Below the pieces are notes generated by a model, which did no database searches, was not told where the DNA came from, and saw nothing but the letters and a program-made list of their open reading frames with translations. From a bacterium (lineage in GTDB: Bacteria > Patescibacteriota > Minisyncoccia > UBA6257 > JAGOQP01): a DNA stretch of 64,000 nt. The stretch lies in the NCBI GenBank assembly GCA_021814695.1, contig JAKAHY010000002.1, forward strand, positions 8,920 through 72,919. Reading direction: 5' to 3'. The position numbers and the translations under genes were made by a program. The stretch's first letter is position 1. Every line of letters begins with the position of its first letter. This document shows positions 8,397-17,980 of the stretch, one piece after another.

Positions 8397-10580
8397 ATGA
8401 AAAAATATTCATTAATTGTGATTATCTTACTTGTTGTTGCAAGTATAGGGATTACCGCTATCTTTTCAAGTCAAGTGTCGATAACCGGATTTCTTTTGAG
8501 CGTTTACTCAACTGTTTCGGGGAGCAATCAAATACAGAGAGTAAATGCACAAACGACAGGCCAAGGAACCATATTATTCCAAGGCCAATTCGGTCATCTT
8601 GAATCGACCGGAAAGGTCACTACCGGAATTTCGGGCTTATCCGGACTTCCGGTGATGAAATTTGTTAAAGACCGTGACCTATCTAGCGATGAAAAAAATC
8701 AGATTAGAGTGGATGTTATTGAACATAACACTCCTTTTGAATTTGTAGTTGCAAAAAATATTTCGCTTGGAGAGGGTGTTAATTTTAATATTCCCGTAGG
8801 TTCGACATATAGATATAGTTTTTATGTTCACCCCGACTCGATTCCCTCCGGATGGGTTTATTATTCCGGTTGTTTAGAGACCGATGGGAATGTTTCGGTA
8901 CTGGCCGGTCAGCAAAGTACTTGCAGCATAGGATTTTATTTAAAGCCCGAAACAATCTCACCCCCTCCGGTCACATCAACATCTACGATCACGTCTACTC
9001 CTTCGGTAGGTGTTTCGGGAACTGTTGTCGGTGAAGATGCCAGCGCAGGATCGTTGCAGTTTGTAAAAAACGTTTTGGATTTAAGCTCACAAAGAAAGGG
9101 CATTATTTATGGAGTTTTGGACGCAAGAACCGTTAATTTGTATGGAAAAAATCTTCTGATAGTTGCTAGAGGTGGAGCTTACTCTGCTACCACTCCAACC
9201 TGGCATATGCTTGTTTATGATATAACCGATCCGCTTGCCCCGGTTCTTTTGAAGGATAATGATATGTCCGGAAGTGGCATAATCTATAGTTCTCCAATGA
9301 CCGGTTTGGCAGTGCTTGATGGCTTTAATTATGTATTTGTCCGTGGAAATGTCGGTTACGGTTCGTTTAAAATTAATCAGGACGGAACTGCGTCTCTTGT
9401 GAAAAGCTATAAATATTCTGAAGTTCAGCAGATACAGACAGATTTAATCAGGGGATTGTTCAACGGTCTGGATGGAAATATATACGGCTACGGAGGGTTT
9501 GTGCAGGATGGAGGACTCGTGCTTTATAACGTTTCCGATCCCGCTAATATTATTCAAGTTGGAACGTATACTAATGGTCTTGAACCAGCGATTGCCATCT
9601 ATGGACAAATTGGATTGAATCGCCAGAGCACTTGGGGCGTTGTTAAAGAAGGAGGCAAACTTTATCTTATTGCTCATGCGGACCAGTTGGTTCTGCGCCT
9701 TCATACGGATTATGATGGAATGATTTATGTTTTTGATGTGTCCAATCCGGCAAGTCCGCAGCTTTCACATATCTATAAAATGTCCAGCTCCTTTAATCAC
9801 CTTCCTTCCGATATGACTTCGTATGAGAAGATGTTTCTTTACGGAGGAGAAGCTAATATATCGGTTGATCCAATATCAAATAGAGTATTTGATTTTTACA
9901 GAACGGTTTTTGATTGGCAGGGACCCAATCAGCTTAAGATAAAAGACATTCCTAAAGGAGCCTTGTTTCGTTATAGAAATGGAATAGCCGTTCTTTCAAT
10001 AGGAATCGATGGTTCTTTGAAATCAAGTTCCAGTAACATATTATTGTGCGAAAGAATAGCCATTCAAGATAATGGGACGTCAGGCGAAGATAAATGTGAT
10101 ACAAAGAGTCCCGAAACGGTTGGGGGATATTATAGTTCCAGTCTTTATGGAAACAGGAATCCTCAAGAAAATTATAACGGAGTATTTCTTCTTGGCGACG
10201 TGAATAATGTCGGACATGTAGGGCTGTTAAAAAGCGATGGTAGTTTTGTTATCATACCCGATCCAACCGGAGAAATGCTTAAATTCAAATCTGTCTTGGC
10301 TGACCCGTCGTATTATTCCGATCCTGGTTTTCGTTCGTCTCCAATCAATGGCATTGTCACTCAAGTTGATAGCAAAACCTTTGCAATATTTCAGATTGAT
10401 AATTATTCCATAAGTGTTACAAAGCTAAATCTATCACAATCCATAACGAGCGTAACACAAAAATCTTCGCCACCTACCACAAATGCCCCTAGTTCATTAA
10501 ATACATCATCTCCTACTCAGACTCCATTTTCCTTCAGCTCGCTCCTGAGAATATTTCAGAGGGTGTTCAATAGTCAGTAA
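8397..10580 (+). CDS. Secreted LVIVD-repeat protein, paralog 3 (close duplicate of paralog 1)
   Basis: The N-terminal 100 aa are nearly identical to the 3499 protein; tail PFSFSSLLRIFQRVFNSQ. Confidence 0.7.
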   Translation: MKKYSLIVIILLVVASIGITAIFSSQVSITGFLLSVYSTVSGSNQIQRVNAQTTGQGTILFQGQFGHLESTGKVTTGISGLSGLPVMKFVKDRDLSSDEKNQIRVDVIEHNTPFEFVVAKNISLGEGVNFNIPVGSTYRYSFYVHPDSIPSGWVYYSGCLETDGNVSVLAGQQSTCSIGFYLKPETISPPPVTSTSTITSTPSVGVSGTVVGEDASAGSLQFVKNVLDLSSQRKGIIYGVLDARTVNLYGKNLLIVARGGAYSATTPTWHMLVYDITDPLAPVLLKDNDMSGSGIIYSSPMTGLAVLDGFNYVFVRGNVGYGSFKINQDGTASLVKSYKYSEVQQIQTDLIRGLFNGLDGNIYGYGGFVQDGGLVLYNVSDPANIIQVGTYTNGLEPAIAIYGQIGLNRQSTWGVVKEGGKLYLIAHADQLVLRLHTDYDGMIYVFDVSNPASPQLSHIYKMSSSFNHLPSDMTSYEKMFLYGGEANISVDPISNRVFDFYRTVFDWQGPNQLKIKDIPKGALFRYRNGIAVLSIGIDGSLKSSSSNILLCERIAIQDNGTSGEDKCDTKSPETVGGYYSSSLYGNRNPQENYNGVFLLGDVNNVGHVGLLKSDGSFVIIPDPTGEMLKFKSVLADPSYYSDPGFRSSPINGIVTQVDSKTFAIFQIDNYSISVTKLNLSQSITSVTQKSSPPTTNAPSSLNTSSPTQTPFSFSSLLRIFQRVFNSQ

Positions 10581-10668
10581 AAATTAAAAATAAAATTGCT
10601 CCCATTTTAACGGATGGGGGCTGTTTTTTTATCTTTAAATCTCAAAAAAATTGTGATAAAGTAACTTA

Positions 10669-13600
10669 ATGTTGAGAAATCTTAAACACTTTAATCCGCC
10701 GGAAATTGAGGAAAAAGTTTTACAGCTTTGGAAAGAAAAAGGGATATTTCAAAAAACACTCAAAGTTCCAAAAGGAAAAAAGGCCCTGCCTACCGGCAGG
10801 CAGGCAAAAATATTTCGGTTTTGGGAAGGTCCACCGACAGCCAATGGCCGTCCCGGAATTCATCATATTTTAGCCCGTTCTTTTAAGGACGTTGTTTTGC
10901 GTTTTAAAACGATGCAAGGGTATACGGTTCCCCGTAAGGGTGGTTGGGATACTCATGGATTGCCCGTTGAAATCCAGGTTGAAAAGCAGCTCGGATTTAA
11001 AACAAAAAAAGATATAGAAGATTACGGAATAGCCGCATTCAACCAAAAATGTAAAGAATCAGTCTGGCTTTATCAAAGCGAATGGGAAAAATTGACCGAA
11101 CGCATGGGTTTTTGGCTGGATTTGAAAAATCCTTATGTCACATACCACAAAGATTACATAGAGTCGCTTTGGTGGATCATCAAACAAGTTTGGGATAAAG
11201 GGTTGATGTATCAAGGGCATAAAGTGGTTCCTTGGTGTACTCGCTGCGGGACAGCTCTTTCTTCCCATGAATTGGCTCAAGGATACAAAGAGCTTACCGA
11301 TACTTCTGTTTACATAAAATTTAAACTTCTTCCAAAACAAAAAATCGGTTCTTTTATAACCGATGATAAAACATACATCTTATCCTGGACGACGACTCCT
11401 TGGACTTTGCCCGGAAACGTCGCTTTGGCAGTCGGAAATAAAATCAAATATATTGCGGCAAAAATCGGAGGAGAGACTTTTATTATTGCGGAAGATCTTG
11501 CCGGATCGGTTTTGGGATCGGAAAATCATAAAGTTATCAATGAATTTAAAGGCGAGTCGATTTCAGGGAAAGAATACGCCCCACTTTTTGAAATTGCGGC
11601 ATTAAAAAAACCGGAATCGTACAAGGTATATCCGGCTAAATTTGTGACAACCACCGATGGAACGGGGGTGGTGCACACGGCCGTAATGTACGGAGAGGAC
11701 GATTATAACCTGGGAAAAGAAGTCGGACTTCCTCAGCATCATACGGTTACCGAACAAGGAACTTTCACAAAAGACGTTAAAGGATTTGAAGGGATGTACG
11801 TCAAAGCCAAGGAGACCGAGGATAAGATACTAGATTATCTAAAGAAAAATAATTTCCTTTTGCAAACACAGGCTTATACCCATGAATATCCTCATTGCTG
11901 GAGATGTGGAACTCCGCTTTTGTATTACGCGCGCAGTTCATGGTTTGTAGCGATGTCGAAACTGAAAGATAATCTGATCGAAAGCAACCAGGGAACCAAC
12001 TGGGTTCCGGCACATATCAAAGAGGGCAGATATGGAGAATGGCTCTCCGAAATTAAAGATTGGAATTTTTCACGGGAAAGATATTGGGGCACCCCACTGC
12101 CGATCTGGACGTGCGAGAATTGTGGAAACCATAAAGCTGTTGGAAGTTATAAAGAGCTTTCGGAACATCTTCCTTCTAGTACCAACAGATATATTCTTGT
12201 CCGTCATGGAGAAGCGGGGCAAAATGTTTCCAATATAATCAACTGCGACCCCAAAGATAAGGATAAATACCCGTTAACAACCAATGGAATAATCCAGGCG
12301 AAGAGAACTTCCCTGAGCCTCAAGAAAAAAATAAAAAAAATAGACGCGATTATCTCGTCGGATTTTATTCGGACAAAGGAAACCGCAAAAATTATCGGCG
12401 ATGAATTTGGAATAAAGAAAATAATCACCGATCCGCTTTTGAGGGAAGTTAACATGGGAGATTTTAACGGGGACAATGTTTCTCGTTACCACGAGTACTT
12501 TTCTTCGCTTGAAGAAAAATTTATGAAACGGACCCCTAACGGAGAAAACCTCAGAGATCTGGCCGCAAGAAGCTACGATTTTATACAAAAATGTGAAAAA
12601 AAATACAGCGGGAAAACTATTGTTGTGGTAGGGCATGAATATCCGCTGTGGATGGCGGAGACCGTTCTTTCTGGATGGAGTCAGGAAGAATCGGTGTCGG
12701 AAAAAGAAAAAAGAGGTCCCGATTTTATAGAAGTCGGAGGATTTGATTCCGTTACTTTTGTTCCGGCATCAAGAGATGAACAGGGAATCTGTGATTATCA
12801 TAAGCCATATGTGGATTCAATCAGCATCCCTTGCGAAAAATGCGGAAAAAAGATGAATCGAGTTAAAGAAGTTGCCGACGTATGGTTTGATTCGGGGTCA
12901 ATGCCATTTGCCCAAGATCATTATCCTTTTGAGAAGGGTGATAAAGTCGGGAAAGCGCCCCAATCGTTTCCGGCCGATTATATCTGTGAGGCAGTCGATC
13001 AGACCCGCGGGTGGTTTTACACTCTTATGGCCGTCTCTACATTATTGGATTATGAAACGCCGTATAAAAACGTCGTTTGCCTAGGGCATATAAACGACAA
13101 GCATGGACAGAAAATGTCCAAATCAAAAGGGAACATTGTTGATCCATGGATGATAATAGATAAATATGGCATTGATGCCGTTAGGTGGTATTTTTACACC
13201 GTTAATGCTCCGGGGGAGCCGAAGAATTTTGACGAGAATGAGGTTGCTAAAGTACTGAGAAAATTCAGCATGACTCTTTATAATTCGTTCGCGTTTTTGG
13301 CGCTTTATGGAAAACAGAAGGTAAGTATCCAAAAGAAACCTTCATCGCCGAATATTTTGGACAGGTGGATTTTGGCAAGGCTAAATCAAACAACTGTCGG
13401 AGTTTCGGACAAAATGGACGCATATGATTTCTTGGCTACCGGACAAATAATAGAATCGTTTATTGACGATCTTTCCAGATGGTACATTCGCCGATCGAGA
13501 AAGAGATTCCAAAAAATTTCGGATAAATCGGATTGGGGTACGGCGACCGGTGTTTTGGCGTATGTTTTGGCCGAATTTTCAAAAGTGATCGCTCCCTTTA

Positions 13601-14223
13601 CTCCATTTTTCGCCGAAGCTCTTTACAGATCCATAGCCGAATTTTGTTCGTTTAGCGCAAAAGAATCCGTTCATCTCGAATCATGGCCGGAGGGCAGGGT
13701 TTTTAATGACGATGCGGTTATGTCGGAAGCCATGAAACAGATAAGAGACTACGCCAGTGCTGTTTTGGCAAAAAGAGCCGAAGTTGGAATCAAAGTGCGG
13801 CAGCCTTTGAGCTTGTTGAAAATAAGAAGCATTAAGTCTAAAGAAAAAGACTCTAAACAATTATTAGAAGTGTTAAGGGATGAAGTTAACGTCAAAGAAG
13901 TTGTGATTGATCCAAAAATAGAAAATGAATTTGAGTTGGATATCAACATCACTCCGGAACTTAAAGCCGAAGGAATTTTGAGGGAAATAGCCCGGACAAT
14001 TCAGGAATTGAGACAAAGTTCGGCATGTGTTCCCAAGGATAAAATAGAAGTTCGCATTTCCGGACCTGCCGACATTGAAGCGGTGGTCAAAAACGGACAA
14101 GCCACGCTTTGCCAATACGTTAACGCCAAAAATATTCTTTTCGGTAAGAGCGGTAAATTTGATTCCGAAATTGAAACCAAAATTGATTCGTCAAAAATTT
14201 GGATAGGTTTAAGAAAAATATAA
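10669..14223 (+). CDS. ileS: Isoleucyl-tRNA synthetase (type 2-like) carrying an inserted histidine-phosphatase (PGAM-like) domain
   Basis: HIGH-like GRPGIHH, KMSKS, WCTRCGT and CENCG/CEKCG zinc knuckles. Residues about 505-690 (nt about 12180-12730) contain LVRHGE...VVGHE. Confidence 0.95.
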   Translation: MLRNLKHFNPPEIEEKVLQLWKEKGIFQKTLKVPKGKKALPTGRQAKIFRFWEGPPTANGRPGIHHILARSFKDVVLRFKTMQGYTVPRKGGWDTHGLPVEIQVEKQLGFKTKKDIEDYGIAAFNQKCKESVWLYQSEWEKLTERMGFWLDLKNPYVTYHKDYIESLWWIIKQVWDKGLMYQGHKVVPWCTRCGTALSSHELAQGYKELTDTSVYIKFKLLPKQKIGSFITDDKTYILSWTTTPWTLPGNVALAVGNKIKYIAAKIGGETFIIAEDLAGSVLGSENHKVINEFKGESISGKEYAPLFEIAALKKPESYKVYPAKFVTTTDGTGVVHTAVMYGEDDYNLGKEVGLPQHHTVTEQGTFTKDVKGFEGMYVKAKETEDKILDYLKKNNFLLQTQAYTHEYPHCWRCGTPLLYYARSSWFVAMSKLKDNLIESNQGTNWVPAHIKEGRYGEWLSEIKDWNFSRERYWGTPLPIWTCENCGNHKAVGSYKELSEHLPSSTNRYILVRHGEAGQNVSNIINCDPKDKDKYPLTTNGIIQAKRTSLSLKKKIKKIDAIISSDFIRTKETAKIIGDEFGIKKIITDPLLREVNMGDFNGDNVSRYHEYFSSLEEKFMKRTPNGENLRDLAARSYDFIQKCEKKYSGKTIVVVGHEYPLWMAETVLSGWSQEESVSEKEKRGPDFIEVGGFDSVTFVPASRDEQGICDYHKPYVDSISIPCEKCGKKMNRVKEVADVWFDSGSMPFAQDHYPFEKGDKVGKAPQSFPADYICEAVDQTRGWFYTLMAVSTLLDYETPYKNVVCLGHINDKHGQKMSKSKGNIVDPWMIIDKYGIDAVRWYFYTVNAPGEPKNFDENEVAKVLRKFSMTLYNSFAFLALYGKQKVSIQKKPSSPNILDRWILARLNQTTVGVSDKMDAYDFLATGQIIESFIDDLSRWYIRRSRKRFQKISDKSDWGTATGVLAYVLAEFSKVIAPFTPFFAEALYRSIAEFCSFSAKESVHLESWPEGRVFNDDAVMSEAMKQIRDYASAVLAKRAEVGIKVRQPLSLLKIRSIKSKEKDSKQLLEVLRDEVNVKEVVIDPKIENEFELDINITPELKAEGILREIARTIQELRQSSACVPKDKIEVRISGPADIEAVVKNGQATLCQYVNAKNILFGKSGKFDSEIETKIDSSKIWIGLRKI

Positions 14224-14224
14224 A

Positions 14225-15139
14225 ATGACTCCATTTTTTATATCGGTTCCCGTATTCCTGGTGATAATAGCCGGGTGGTTGTTTAAGAAGTACAAAATAG
14301 TAGACGAAGTCTGGATTCATGTTTTAAACCGATTTGTCTATCACGTTTCTCTTCCGGCGCTTATCATTGCCAGTTTTTGGAGTATCAATTTTAGCGACAA
14401 AATTTCATTAATGACCGTTGTATGGAGCGCGTCCTTTATGATTGCTTTTATGATATTAGTCGCAATCGTTTTGTCTTTTTTAAGTCTTCCTCATAAAACA
14501 AAAGCGGCCGCATTTCTAATTATTTGCACAGGAAATACTATTTACATGGGCTTTCCGATAATATCGGATGCATTCGGTGGTGGAGCGATGCCGATGGGGT
14601 CGTTAATAGCCGTTCTATATCTCATTTTACCGATATTGGCGTCGATTTTCATGATCAGAATTTGGGCCAACAGCCATCTTTCGTTATCATCCCAATTTAT
14701 TGAATTTATAAAAAATCCACTTATGATTTCGGCTGTTGCCGGGGTGATGGCAAGTTTTATTCCAAGACAGGCAGTTGGCGTGGAGTTGCTTTATAAAGCA
14801 TTGATTTTGGTTGGAGCGACGGCCTCACCGGTGGCGCTTTTTGCACTGGGGAGCTTTTTGTATAAAAGATTTCTAAAAAGTAATTTTAAACTGGTTTTTT
14901 GGTCGTCTTTTTCAAAAGTTGCCGTATTTCCGGTTGCGGTATTTATTGCAGGAAAACTAATGGGAATTGCCAAGCCGGACTTTGGGCTGATGGTCTTGCT
15001 TGCGGTCATGCCCTCTGCAGTGACTACCTTTATTATCGCCGAGAAATTTTCATTAGATGAAATAGCCGTAGGGAACGCTATATTGCTTTCAACAATCCTT
15101 TCGTTTTTTGTGATTCCTCTGGCGGCTTTAATTATTTAA
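14225..15139 (+). CDS. AEC-family (auxin efflux carrier-like) membrane transporter
   Basis: 304 aa with about 10 TM segments; composition resembles PF03547. Confidence 0.55.
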   Translation: MTPFFISVPVFLVIIAGWLFKKYKIVDEVWIHVLNRFVYHVSLPALIIASFWSINFSDKISLMTVVWSASFMIAFMILVAIVLSFLSLPHKTKAAAFLIICTGNTIYMGFPIISDAFGGGAMPMGSLIAVLYLILPILASIFMIRIWANSHLSLSSQFIEFIKNPLMISAVAGVMASFIPRQAVGVELLYKALILVGATASPVALFALGSFLYKRFLKSNFKLVFWSSFSKVAVFPVAVFIAGKLMGIAKPDFGLMVLLAVMPSAVTTFIIAEKFSLDEIAVGNAILLSTILSFFVIPLAALII

Positions 15140-15142
15140 CAG

Positions 15143-16384
15143 ATGTTTTTGAGATTTCCAAAAGATTTTTTTTGGGGAACAGCCACTTCCGCTCATCAGG
15201 TGGAGGGAAATAACCGCAACGACTGGACCGAATGGGAAAAAGATAATGCTTCTTGCCTTGCCGATGAGTCTCATAGAAAGTGGCAATCTTGGCAGCAAAA
15301 AAAATTTCCGGAAATGTTTAATCCGGACAATTATATTTCGGGAAAAGCCTGTGACCATTACAATCTTTTTGAGAAAGATTTCGATATTGCAAAAAAATTG
15401 GGCCATAATGCCCATAGATTTTCCATTGAGTGGTCTCGGATAGAGCCGGAAGAGGGGAGGTTTAACGAAAAAGAGATTGAGCATTACCGCAAGGTTATTA
15501 CTGCTCTAAAAAAAAGAGAAATGGAGCCGTTAGTAACTTTGTGGCAATTTACCCTGCCGATGTGGATCGCAAATAATGGCGGAGTCAGCCACAGAAAATT
15601 TACGTCGTATTTTGCTCGATATGCGTCAAAAATTGCCAGCGCCTTTCCGGAGGTTAAGTTATGGATTACTTTAAATGAACCAGACGTCTTTGCCGGCCGC
15701 GCCTATCTTAAAGGGTTTTGGCCGCCCGAAAAACATAACGCCTTCTCATATCTGAGGGCGCTTAACAATCTTGTACAAGCTCACAAAGCGGCGCATAAGG
15801 AAATAAAAAAGGTGAATTTGTCGGCGAGGGTTGGGATTGCTAAACACAACGTCTATTTCGAGATGGCAAAAGATACGGCACTGAACCGAATTTTAAAATT
15901 TGGGGCGGATTTATGGTGGAACCGGTACTTCCTGTGGCGGATAAAAAATTATCAGGATTTTATCGGGCTTAACTATTACAATCGTAACCTGATTAATAAC
16001 GGATATTACAAAAATAAAAATATAAAATTAACCGACTTCGGTTGGGAATATTGGCCCTCATCTTTGTACGGCGCTCTAATGGATTTAAAGATGTATAATC
16101 TTCCCGTGTATATAACCGAGAATGGAATTGCCGATTCCGACGACAACCAACGGTCCGAGTTTTTATCAATCACTCTTGAGTCAGCGGCAAAAGCCATTCG
16201 GGACGGAATTGACGTCCGCGGATATTTTTATTGGTCTTTATTGGATAATTTTGAATGGGACAAAGGTTTTTGGCCGAGGTTCGGGTTGGTTGAGGTTGAT
16301 TATAAAACTCAAAAGAGAACTATTCGCAAAAGCGCCGCGTACTATAGAGACATAATTTTAAAAAATGGAGTAGAATTGGGATAA
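15143..16384 (+). CDS. GH1 beta-glucosidase
   Basis: FFWGTATSAHQVEG N-terminal signature and ITENG nucleophile motif. Confidence 0.9.
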   Translation: MFLRFPKDFFWGTATSAHQVEGNNRNDWTEWEKDNASCLADESHRKWQSWQQKKFPEMFNPDNYISGKACDHYNLFEKDFDIAKKLGHNAHRFSIEWSRIEPEEGRFNEKEIEHYRKVITALKKREMEPLVTLWQFTLPMWIANNGGVSHRKFTSYFARYASKIASAFPEVKLWITLNEPDVFAGRAYLKGFWPPEKHNAFSYLRALNNLVQAHKAAHKEIKKVNLSARVGIAKHNVYFEMAKDTALNRILKFGADLWWNRYFLWRIKNYQDFIGLNYYNRNLINNGYYKNKNIKLTDFGWEYWPSSLYGALMDLKMYNLPVYITENGIADSDDNQRSEFLSITLESAAKAIRDGIDVRGYFYWSLLDNFEWDKGFWPRFGLVEVDYKTQKRTIRKSAAYYRDIILKNGVELG

Positions 16385-16385
16385 T

Positions 16386-17696
16386 ATGATAATTCGTAAT
16401 TACAAATCTCTGGCAACAACGAAACTTCGCAGAGACGGGCTAAAAATTATCGAGAGCGCTTATGAGGCGATTGATATCGAAAAACTTATTAAAAGACGTT
16501 TTTTGCTCAATGGACGAACTCTCGAGGTAAGGGACTTGGCCCAAAAAAACAAAATATTATTGGATAAATATAAGCGGGTTTTTGTAATTGGTTTTGGAAA
16601 GGGGTCATACGCGGCGGTTTCCAAAATGTCGGATATTTTGGGAAAGAAACTTTACGGAGCGATATCGCTTGATATTAATTCTTCGTACAAACCAAAAAGA
16701 CCAAATAAAAAAGTTACAGCTTTTTGGGGGACTCATCCTACGCCATCTAAGGAAAATGTAGAGGCGACAACGACAATAACTTCAATTGCCAGAGATGCGA
16801 ATAAAGACGATTTGATAATTTATTTTATAGGAGGGGGAGGCTCATCTCTTTTGTGCGGTTCTTTGGGAGAGTTGGATTATTCAGGATGGCTTTTTAAAAA
16901 ACTAACCAAGAAGGGAGCGACGATAGAGGAAATCAATACGGTCAGAAAACACATCTCGGAGGTTAAGGGCGGTAATCTGGCCAAGCTTACATATCCGGCA
17001 GACTCCTTTTCACTCATAGTTTCCGATGTTTGCGGCAATTCTTTGGGAACGATCGCTTCGGGCCCCACAATCTATGATAAATCAAAAGTTGAAGATGCTC
17101 TGATGGTGTTGAAAAAATATAAAATACCTGTCGGAAATATCATTTTCACAAAAACTCCCAAAGAAAAGAAATATTTTTCTAAATGTAAGTATTTTCTTCT
17201 GGCTTGTAATCAAGACGCTGTTTTAGCGATGGTAAATACGGCGAGAAAAATCGGATACGATGCTTCCATAGGCTCTCTTCTTGTTAATGGTGAGGCAAGG
17301 AAAGCTATTTTCCCTTTCATTAAAAAAACTAAAGTTGGTCAGGCAACAATTCTTGCCGGTGAAACAACGGTAGTGATAAGAGGAAGGGGAAAGGGCGGCA
17401 GAAATCAGGAGTTGGTACTTTCGGTTATCGCGGCGGCAAGTGATAAAAAAATAGATATGACAGGAACGTTTCTGGCCAGCTTTAATTCGGATGGATTTGA
17501 TAATACTCCGGTTGCCGGAGCGATTGCCGACGATGTTTCGTTTAAAAATTGTAAAAAAAGGAAACTTAATCCTGCCAAATATTTGAATAATAACGACTCG
17601 TTTACTTTCTTCCAAAAAACCGGAGATTTCATCCGGACAGAGAGGAGAGCATTTAATGTTGCCGATTTGATGCTGATTTTGATATCAGATAAATAA
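16386..17696 (+). CDS. Glycerate kinase (MOFRL family)
   Basis: GFGKGS, IGGGGSSLL, VRKHISEVKGG and GRGKGGRNQE motifs. Confidence 0.85.
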   Translation: MIIRNYKSLATTKLRRDGLKIIESAYEAIDIEKLIKRRFLLNGRTLEVRDLAQKNKILLDKYKRVFVIGFGKGSYAAVSKMSDILGKKLYGAISLDINSSYKPKRPNKKVTAFWGTHPTPSKENVEATTTITSIARDANKDDLIIYFIGGGGSSLLCGSLGELDYSGWLFKKLTKKGATIEEINTVRKHISEVKGGNLAKLTYPADSFSLIVSDVCGNSLGTIASGPTIYDKSKVEDALMVLKKYKIPVGNIIFTKTPKEKKYFSKCKYFLLACNQDAVLAMVNTARKIGYDASIGSLLVNGEARKAIFPFIKKTKVGQATILAGETTVVIRGRGKGGRNQELVLSVIAAASDKKIDMTGTFLASFNSDGFDNTPVAGAIADDVSFKNCKKRKLNPAKYLNNNDSFTFFQKTGDFIRTERRAFNVADLMLILISDK

Positions 17697-17980
17697 AAAA
17701 ATCGCTTAGTTCCGTGGACAACTGTGTGGATGTGAGACCTTTGCCAACAGCAAAGGAGTTCAGAATCTTTCAGAGGTGCACCTCAGCCGGAACCGAGATA
17801 TCCTATGCGTAGAAAAATTCCAAGATTGTCCACGAAACCAAACGATCTTCTATAAGCTAAATATTATCATAAATAATGGAATTTGTCAAGCATGGGAACA
17901 TTCCATTATCTTTAAAATATTTACTTTTATAATGAGCTCTTTTTTGATACAGTTAGGAATAATAGTGGCATAAGTAAATC

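Noticed and set aside
12204-12636. Minus-strand ORFs of 90 and 120 aa inside ileS
   Set aside because: They are antisense to a strongly supported CDS and have low-complexity translations
17776-17973. 65 aa ORF in the ruvB upstream gap
   Set aside because: It has no SD and is Ile/Phe-rich low complexity. The region is more likely a non-coding leader or RNA
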